Below are positions 58,189-64,000 of a stretch of DNA of 64,000 nucleotides, piece after piece; the first letter of the stretch is position 1, and every line of letters starts with the position of its first letter. Source of the stretch: an uncultured Spirochaetota bacterium (GTDB taxonomy: Bacteria > Spirochaetota > Spirochaetia > SZUA-6 > Fen-1364). Under the pieces are notes generated by a model. The model worked only from the letters and a program-made list of their open reading frames with translations. It was not told where the DNA came from and did no database searches. The DNA lies in contig CAVTHO010000003.1 in the NCBI GenBank assembly GCA_963734545.1, positions 224,001 to 288,000 on the forward strand. The letters run 5' to 3'. The position numbers and the translations under genes are program-made.

Positions 58189-58821
58189 TCACGCTTTCAC
58201 GCTGGTCTCGAACCGGCAGCTTGGACATTCCCCGTGGCTGCATCGCTCGGTTATCTGCAGTCCCGTGATACGGCCCAGGAGCGCTTCCATGGCCGCGCAC
58301 GAACGCTCATCTGCGCTCACCGCCTTGCTGATGAGACAGCCGTGCCCCTGTATGACGAGCTTGCCATCCTCCTCGCTCACCTCGGCGAGGGAGCCGAGGG
58401 ACTGGAGGAAGCCCACGGCGCCGATCATGCGTTCCCGCGGAGATCCGGTGAGCCGGGGAATCGAATCGGCGATATCCCGCCCGGCTGCCTTCATGATGCC
58501 GCGGAACTCACTGGAGGGAACCTTGCGGGCCAGGACATTCACGAGGTGGGCCAGGAAGAGAGGATATGCCTTCGAAAAAAGCACGTCCGCGCCGGGGCGC
58601 ACGCGATAGAGCGCGGCCGGCCTGCGGCTCCCCCTGACCTCTCCCTGGATATCGACGAGCCCCTCCCTCTGGAGGAGCGCTATTTGCGACCGCACCGCAT
58701 TCTTCGTGATCATGAGCTCCTTCGAAAGATGCTCGATGGTCTGCCCGCCCTTCATCAGGAGCTGGATGATACGCTCCCGCGTGCCGAAGCGCTTTTCAAC
58801 AGTCGTGTCCGATGGCCTCAT
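58189..58821 (-). CDS. Winged-HTH regulator with C-terminal Cys-containing sensor domain (SufR/ArsR-like)
   Basis: TRERIIQLL...ITKNAVRSQIALLQREGLV...RRPAALY; GHGCLI, SCAAM, ERCSHGECPSCRF. Confidence 0.8.
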   Translation of the reverse strand: MRPSDTTVEKRFGTRERIIQLLMKGGQTIEHLSKELMITKNAVRSQIALLQREGLVDIQGEVRGSRRPAALYRVRPGADVLFSKAYPLFLAHLVNVLARKVPSSEFRGIMKAAGRDIADSIPRLTGSPRERMIGAVGFLQSLGSLAEVSEEDGKLVIQGHGCLISKAVSADERSCAAMEALLGRITGLQITERCSHGECPSCRFETSVKA

Positions 58822-58852
58822 GGTTGTCCTCTTTCTTTCTGCTCACGGTAGG

Positions 58853-58936
58853 ACAATAACGGATAAAGCCAATAAAATCAATAAATATAAATAATTACAA
58901 TTTTTATTTGACTTATTATGTTAACTTCAGTACGCT
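58853..58936. promoter_or_regulatory. Back-to-back sigma70-type promoters in a very AT-rich spacer
   Basis: Plus: TTGACT (58908-58913)-17 bp-TACGCT. Minus: TTGATT (58881-58876)-17 bp-TATTGT. Confidence 0.55.
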
Positions 58937-58981
58937 TGTCCTGACCGAAAGACAAGACAGACCAAGCAGGAGGAACGAGAC

Positions 58982-59638
58982 GTGAAGAGATTGGTTTTGA
59001 TTCTGGCCATTGCGGCCGCGGCGGTCGTGGTCCCTTTTGAAGCGACTGCTGCAGGGAATGAAGCGCAGAAGATGGCGATGAAACCGGTGGTCTACACCCA
59101 GGCGGTTGTGGATCTGCGGAACGCCATGCGGATGCTCTGGGAAGAGCATATCGTCTACACGAGGACCTTTATCATCAGCGCCCTCGCCGGACTCGATGAC
59201 ACGAGCAAGGTGGCGGAGCGGCTTCTGAGAAACCAGGATGATATCGGAAACGCCATCAAACCGTACTACGGTGATGCGGCGGGGACCGCCCTCGCAGGCC
59301 TTTTGAGGACCCATATCCTGATAGCGGCCGACATTGTCAGCGCTGCAAAATCGGGAGATAATGATGGCGTGGCAAATGGCGAGAAAAAGTGGTCCGCAAA
59401 TGCCGAAGACCTTGCGACATTCCTGAGCAGCGCAAACTCCAACTGGCCCAAGTCATCCCTGAGGGACATGCTGGACATTCACCTGGCGTATACCACGACC
59501 GAGGTCGTCTCACGCCTTGGCAAGAATTGGGCAGCGGACATGGAGGCCTACGACAAGGGACACGCGCACATGCTCATGTTCGCGGACATGCTTTCTGACG
59601 GAATTGTGAAGCAGTTCCCGGCGAAGTTCACCAAATAG
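58982..59638 (+). CDS. Exported all-helical His-rich protein of unknown function
   Basis: Signal peptide; LRNAMRMLWEEH, RLLRNQDDIG, LLRTHILIA, MLDIHL, HAHMLMFAD; GGAGG RBS. Confidence 0.75.
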   Translation: MKRLVLILAIAAAAVVVPFEATAAGNEAQKMAMKPVVYTQAVVDLRNAMRMLWEEHIVYTRTFIISALAGLDDTSKVAERLLRNQDDIGNAIKPYYGDAAGTALAGLLRTHILIAADIVSAAKSGDNDGVANGEKKWSANAEDLATFLSSANSNWPKSSLRDMLDIHLAYTTTEVVSRLGKNWAADMEAYDKGHAHMLMFADMLSDGIVKQFPAKFTK

Positions 59639-59719
59639 CCGGGACAGTCTGCCGTCGAGGACCGGGTTCCGAGCGAGGCCTACCGACCTCGGAACCCCTG
59701 CAGGAACGCAACCATGAAA

Positions 59720-59749
59720 GAGCGGAGGGTGCGGAAGCATCCTCCGCTC
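59720..59749. terminator. Strong hairpin, probable terminator
   Basis: GAGCGGAGGGTGC-GGAA-GCATCCTCCGCTC, 13-bp stem with a GNRA loop. Confidence 0.55.
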
Positions 59750-59919
59750 CTCTTGCGGGCGGTTCAATTCGTTGTGAACGCTCCACGGTGAAGGGTGGGC
59801 GGGCAGGGAAGCCACGGACTACTGCGTCGAGATCACCTGATTGCCTGATGCGCCGCGCCGGCGCCCGCGCGCTCGGCCGGAAATTTGCTTTTTCCCAGCC
59901 GGTCGCGCACCTTATATCC

Positions 59920-61159
59920 ATGAAGTACAATGTAGATGCAGGTGTTTCCACTCTCGTTCACGACTTCATCCTAGAGAAATCTGCCGCGAAGGAAGAGACA
60001 CGAGTGTTTCCCGCCGACCCGTTCTGGAAGGGCCTGAGGGACACGGGCACGGGGCTGTGGCTGGACACGGGGGACATGGAGGCGGCGGCGCGGCAATGGA
60101 CGGACGAGTTCAGCGCCCTTACCACGAACAACACCCTGCTGAACAAGGAAGTGCAGAAAGGCATCTACGACGAGGTCATCAGGGAAGCCGGGAGGCTGCT
60201 GGGACCTGGACACGGAGACCAGCGCGTCATGGAGGTTGCCTTCATCCTCAACGCCCTGCACGGCCTTCGGCTCGTGAAGGTGTTCAATGCTCAGGTGAGC
60301 GTGGAGCTGCACACGGCCACGGCGGATGACGTGGAGGCCGCCGTCGCCTACGGACGGCGATTCGCGCGCATTTCACCTTCGCATTTCATCGTCAAGGTGC
60401 CGCTGACGGCCGCCGGGTTCATCGCCACCCGCATTCTTCGGGCGGAGGGAATTCCCGTCAACTTCACGCTCGGATTCAGCGCGCGACAGAATTATCTCGT
60501 CGGCCGCTTTCGCCTGCCCCAGCTACGTCAACGTGTTCCTCGGGCGGCTGAACGCGTACGTTGCGACAACGCCCTCGGCGACGGTCTCCTGGTCGGAGAG
60601 AAGGCCACGCTGGCGAGCCAGGCGGCCGTGTCTCGGCTCGCAGGGGAAGGAAGACGCTGCAGATCGCCGCGAGCATGCGCGGCGGCACGCAGGTGCGGGA
60701 CCTCGCCGGAGTGGACGTGATGACCATGCCCCTTGCCACGGCCGCCGAGGCGCGCTCCAAGCTCGACGGGAGGTGGGAGTCAAAGGTCCGCGAAGTCTAC
60801 CGCGTGAGCCTTGCCACAGGGGTAGAGGAAAGCCAGTGCGCCTCGCGGCGCTGTGGGACGTCACCGACCGCGAGGAGAGGCTCGCCAAGCTCCCTGATTG
60901 ACCGATGTGCCCGGCTCGGCCGAGGAGCTCGTCGACCGGGCCCACCAGCTTGGCGCGGGAGACCTGTTCCCCCGGCTCGGCAAAGACGGACCTCGCCGCC
61001 CTCGCGGCCGATGGAAAGATCCCGAAACATTCACGGTGGAGCGAGCGAATCGCGCGGGGCGAGCTCGCCGTAGATACCCTGTGCACGATGGCAGGCTTGC
61101 AGTCCTTCAGCGCAGATCAGGAGGCCCTGGACGAAAGGATCCGCCGGCTCATCGGCTGA
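59920..61159 (+). CDS. Transaldolase-family protein (several frameshifts in 60500-60900)
   Basis: LWLDTGD, LTTNNTLLN, VSVELH, Schiff-base VKVPLT, NFTLGFS, NVFLGRL, IAASMR. Confidence 0.8.
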
Positions 61160-61209
61160 GGCATTCACATCCGCCGGACCCCGCGCGCTTGGGGGAGACC
61201 GAGCAGCGT

Positions 61210-61297
61210 CTGTACGGACTGGATGCATGGCGGGAGGCTCCGTGCCACACTTCTCCTCCGGCCGTTGCAGCTCGTAGACCCGCTTCAGCCTCATCAT
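61210..61297 (-). pseudogene. Possible degraded DUF488 remnant
   Basis: Starts MMRLKRVYE; DNA AGGCTGAAGCGGGTCTACGAGC resembles AAGCTGAAGCGCGTCTACGAGC of the 58.1-kb DUF488 gene, then diverges. Confidence 0.35.
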
Positions 61298-61451
61298 AAT
61301 TCAATGATACTTGCCCATCCACGGCCGCAAAGCCCTGATCCGACGCGCTTCGCGGATATGTGCCGGAATGCGCGAAAATGGAAAGAAGGCTGTTTTTTTC
61401 GGCCGCGGTGTATATATTTACCACTATGTTGGAGTCTCGGGAGGACCACGT

Positions 61452-63232
61452 TTGAAGCTCTCATTCCGGAAACACCTCCTGCCTGTCGTCGCCTTGACGG
61501 CAGCGGTGATGATGGCGGGCTGTCCGCTCCCCTTCGAGTACAATGGCCCAGGCACAGGCACCTCCCACACCACAGATCCGAGCAGCCCCAACATTACGGC
61601 CCCCGTGACGGTGTCCTATTCCGTGCAGGGCGGGCCATCAGGGACCGTCGGGGACGGCGGCTCCTTCTATGCGGGCCAGACGATGACCGTGACCCTGTCC
61701 ACTGCCACCGTGAGTGCTCTCATCTTCTATACCGACGACGGGACTCCGCTCTCGCTCTCCAGCCTGGGCTCGGTCAAAAAGATAAGCGCGTCGAGCGGTG
61801 AGATCACGATCACCCGGGCCACCTCTCTCCAGTCCCTGGACATTCGCGCCATCGCGATCGGCCCCAATATGCTGCCCAGTGCGGCCGTCCACGCGACTGT
61901 GGGCGTCAGCCCCTACCCGATCCTTTCGATCACCCGGGACAAGGCCTCCGTGAGCGAGGATGGGGGAACGGCGACATTCACGATTACCTCCTCCAGCGCT
62001 CCGGCCAGCGACATCACCGTGCACCTCTCGACCAGCGGTGACCCCGCGGCGAACTACGTGACGACCGGCGGGACACCCTTCCCCTCGTCCTTTACCGCGA
62101 CGCTCCTCGCAGGCGCGACCACGATCAGCCTCCCCATCACCGGGCAGCCTGATGCCGACGGCGTCAACGAGACTGTCACCCTGACGATCCAACCGGACCC
62201 CAGCAACCCCCCTGCCTACACGGTCGGCGCGCCCGCGAGCGCGAGCGTGGTTATCCAGGACAACCGGGCGCCCGTGCTCACGTTGAGCGGGTCCCCCACC
62301 AGCCTTGTGGACGGACAGATTTCGGTTTTTACGGTTCATGCCAGCTTTGCACCGGACGCAGACCACACGGTGAATATCTCGTCGAGCGGCTACACCGCCG
62401 GCAAGGTGTCTGTTCCCACGAGCGTGACAATACCGGCCGGAGCCACCAGCGCGCAATTCCAGGTGGTCGGGCCGTCCGAGGTCGGCTACGAGGTGCAGAA
62501 CCCGACTGTGTCTCTTGTTCCAGGGATCGGGCATACCATCGGCTCCCCCGGCGCGGTGACCCTTCAGATACGTGACGACACGATGGGCGTCTTCGAGTAC
62601 GACGGCGTCTGGGGCTTCACTACGGGCACCGGAAGCAACGTCGGCACGGGCGCCAGTTGGAACTTGACGGGCAACGTTACCCTCGGGAGCGGGGGCCTGA
62701 CCTTCGGCGGGGTGTATGGCAGCGACGATGCCACGGTCGCCGTCTCCAATGGGTCCGCGGACTTCGACAAGAACCGTTTCACGCTGGCGGTGAAATTCAC
62801 CATGGCCGATCTGAGCCAGGCTCGCCCCATCATAGCCGGGGGGCCGGCGACCGCTGGATAATAGCGCAGAGCGACACCGCGGGCGCCCTGTCGGTGGACT
62901 TCAACAACCACGGGCTTATCGGCGGCAATCCCGTCGATCCCGCCTACAATCTGGACCTCGGGATGACGATTGCGGCCGGCACGACCTATACCCTTGTGCT
63001 CAACGTAGACGTCGCCGCGCACACACTCACGGCGTGGCTGAACGGGGTGAGCGTCACCAGGTCGCTGCCCTCGTACTTCGCGTGGGAGAACCCGACGGGA
63101 GACGAGGTCCTTACGGCCAATGACTACTCGCGCGGCCGCGCCTTCAAGGGCACATGGGACTGGGTCTTTGCGGCGAACGGTCTTCTGGACAACACCGAGG
63201 TCAATCAGATCGCGGCGGCCTCCGGCCTGTAG
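61452..63232 (+). CDS. Surface lipoprotein with FN3/chitobiase-like, Calx-beta-like and LamG/ConA-like domains (frameshift near 62845)
   Basis: Lipobox MAGC; IFYTDDGT, SVSEDGGTATFTIT, DGVNETVTLTI, ASVVIQDN; FTLAVKF, LTAWLNG, FKGTWD. Confidence 0.75.
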
Positions 63233-63446
63233 GCGCCCGGGGCCGACGGGAAGACGAAGCGCATCAAGGAGCCCACGGCGGCCCCCGCCGCGCTCGGGCC
63301 GTTGTGCATAATCCCTTCCTCGGAAGAGAGCAATCCGGTTCTTGCTGCATTGGTGAGCCGCCTTGTCTCAGGGGATCTTCCCGCCTACAATAGAGGACCT
63401 TCCGCGGGAAAATGGAGGGATGGGAACCTCCGGAAGGACGGGAACC

Positions 63447-64000
63447 ATGCAGTGGCAGGGAAGACGGAAGAGCGACAATGTCGTTGACAAGCGGCGCATC
63501 GGCGGCCGAGGTCTGGCGGTCGGAGGGGGTCTCGGCGGCGTCGTGATCCTCGTCGTGTATCTCCTTCTCGGTGGTGACCCGGGCAAAGATCACGCAGAGC
63601 CTTCAGGCAGAAAACCCGGCGTCGCCTGCCGAAGTCGGCCAGCCGCTCAGCGAGAAGGACAAGGAGCTTGGCGATTTCGTCTCCGTTGTCCTTGCCGACA
63701 CCGAGGACGTCTGGGGTGGGCAGTTCAGGCAGCTGGGAGAGGAGTATCGAAATCCGCGCCTGGTCCTGTTCACGGGCGAGGTTGATTCGGCCTGCGGCTT
63801 CGCCGGTGCCGCCGTCGGCCCCTTCTATTGTCCCGGTGACGAGAATGTCTACATCGACCTCGCATTCTTCGAGGACATGCAGCGCGAGCTCGGCGCGCCG
63901 GGCGATTTTGCCCTTGCCTATGTCATTGCCCACGAGGTCGGCCACCACGTCCAGAAACTGCTCGGGATCAACGAGGAGGTCGCGGCGCAGCGGAGCCGCA
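63447..64000 (+). CDS. Neutral zinc metallopeptidase (YpfJ-like), partial, frameshift near 63585
   Basis: [16 protein letters not shown]; [33 protein letters not shown]. Confidence 0.88.

Noticed and set aside
58160-58191. Selenocysteine read-through at the regulator TGA
   Set aside because: The position is not a conserved Cys site and the downstream hairpin is a weak SECIS candidate
1-64000. CRISPR arrays, tRNA/rRNA, transposases, integrases, prophage or recognisable anti-phage defence genes
   Set aside because: No regularly spaced repeat-spacer array or diagnostic motifs seen by eye; a tRNAscan, Infernal or DefenseFinder run would be needed to exclude them fully

Overview
This is a GC-rich, gene-dense bacterial chromosomal segment; the gene content suggests an uncultured Spirochaetia-like anaerobe (inference). 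Many single-base frameshifts look like long-read consensus errors. I found no rRNA, tRNA, CRISPR array or intact mobile element. In order, the window holds: (1) a partial outer-membrane-type protein; (2) a LacI-regulated alpha-glucan locus (GH71/GH99-like glycanase with discoidin/CBM32 domain, sugar ABC transporter, two GH65 phosphorylases read as one ORF); (3) a MocR-EamA-B3/B4 module; (4) PIG-L deacetylase, TetR/EFR1 ferredoxin, VOC, alkaline phosphatase and EcsC; (5) a secreted caspase-family protease with a C-type lectin domain; (6) aldo/keto reductase, PrsW and DUF2277; (7) a divergent RuBisCO-like protein with a PfkB kinase, a 7TM-DISM cyclase and a sugar-acid catabolic operon; (8) a MoxR/DUF58 operon; (9) a MenA-like prenyltransferase divergent from FixC/GGR-like reductase, ferredoxin and SCP2 genes; (10) a sigma54 two-component system driving a tiny duplicated Cys-motif protein and a large NAD-glutamate dehydrogenase; (11) an altered PolX, DUF488, a Cys-rich HTH regulator with a divergent His-rich exported protein, a transaldolase, a surface lipoprotein and a partial YpfJ-like peptidase. 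The best candidates for undescribed systems are the prenyltransferase/reductase/ferredoxin/SCP2 module, the RLP-PfkB pathway and the sigma54 Cys-protein/GDH unit. All functional calls come from motif recognition, without database searches.
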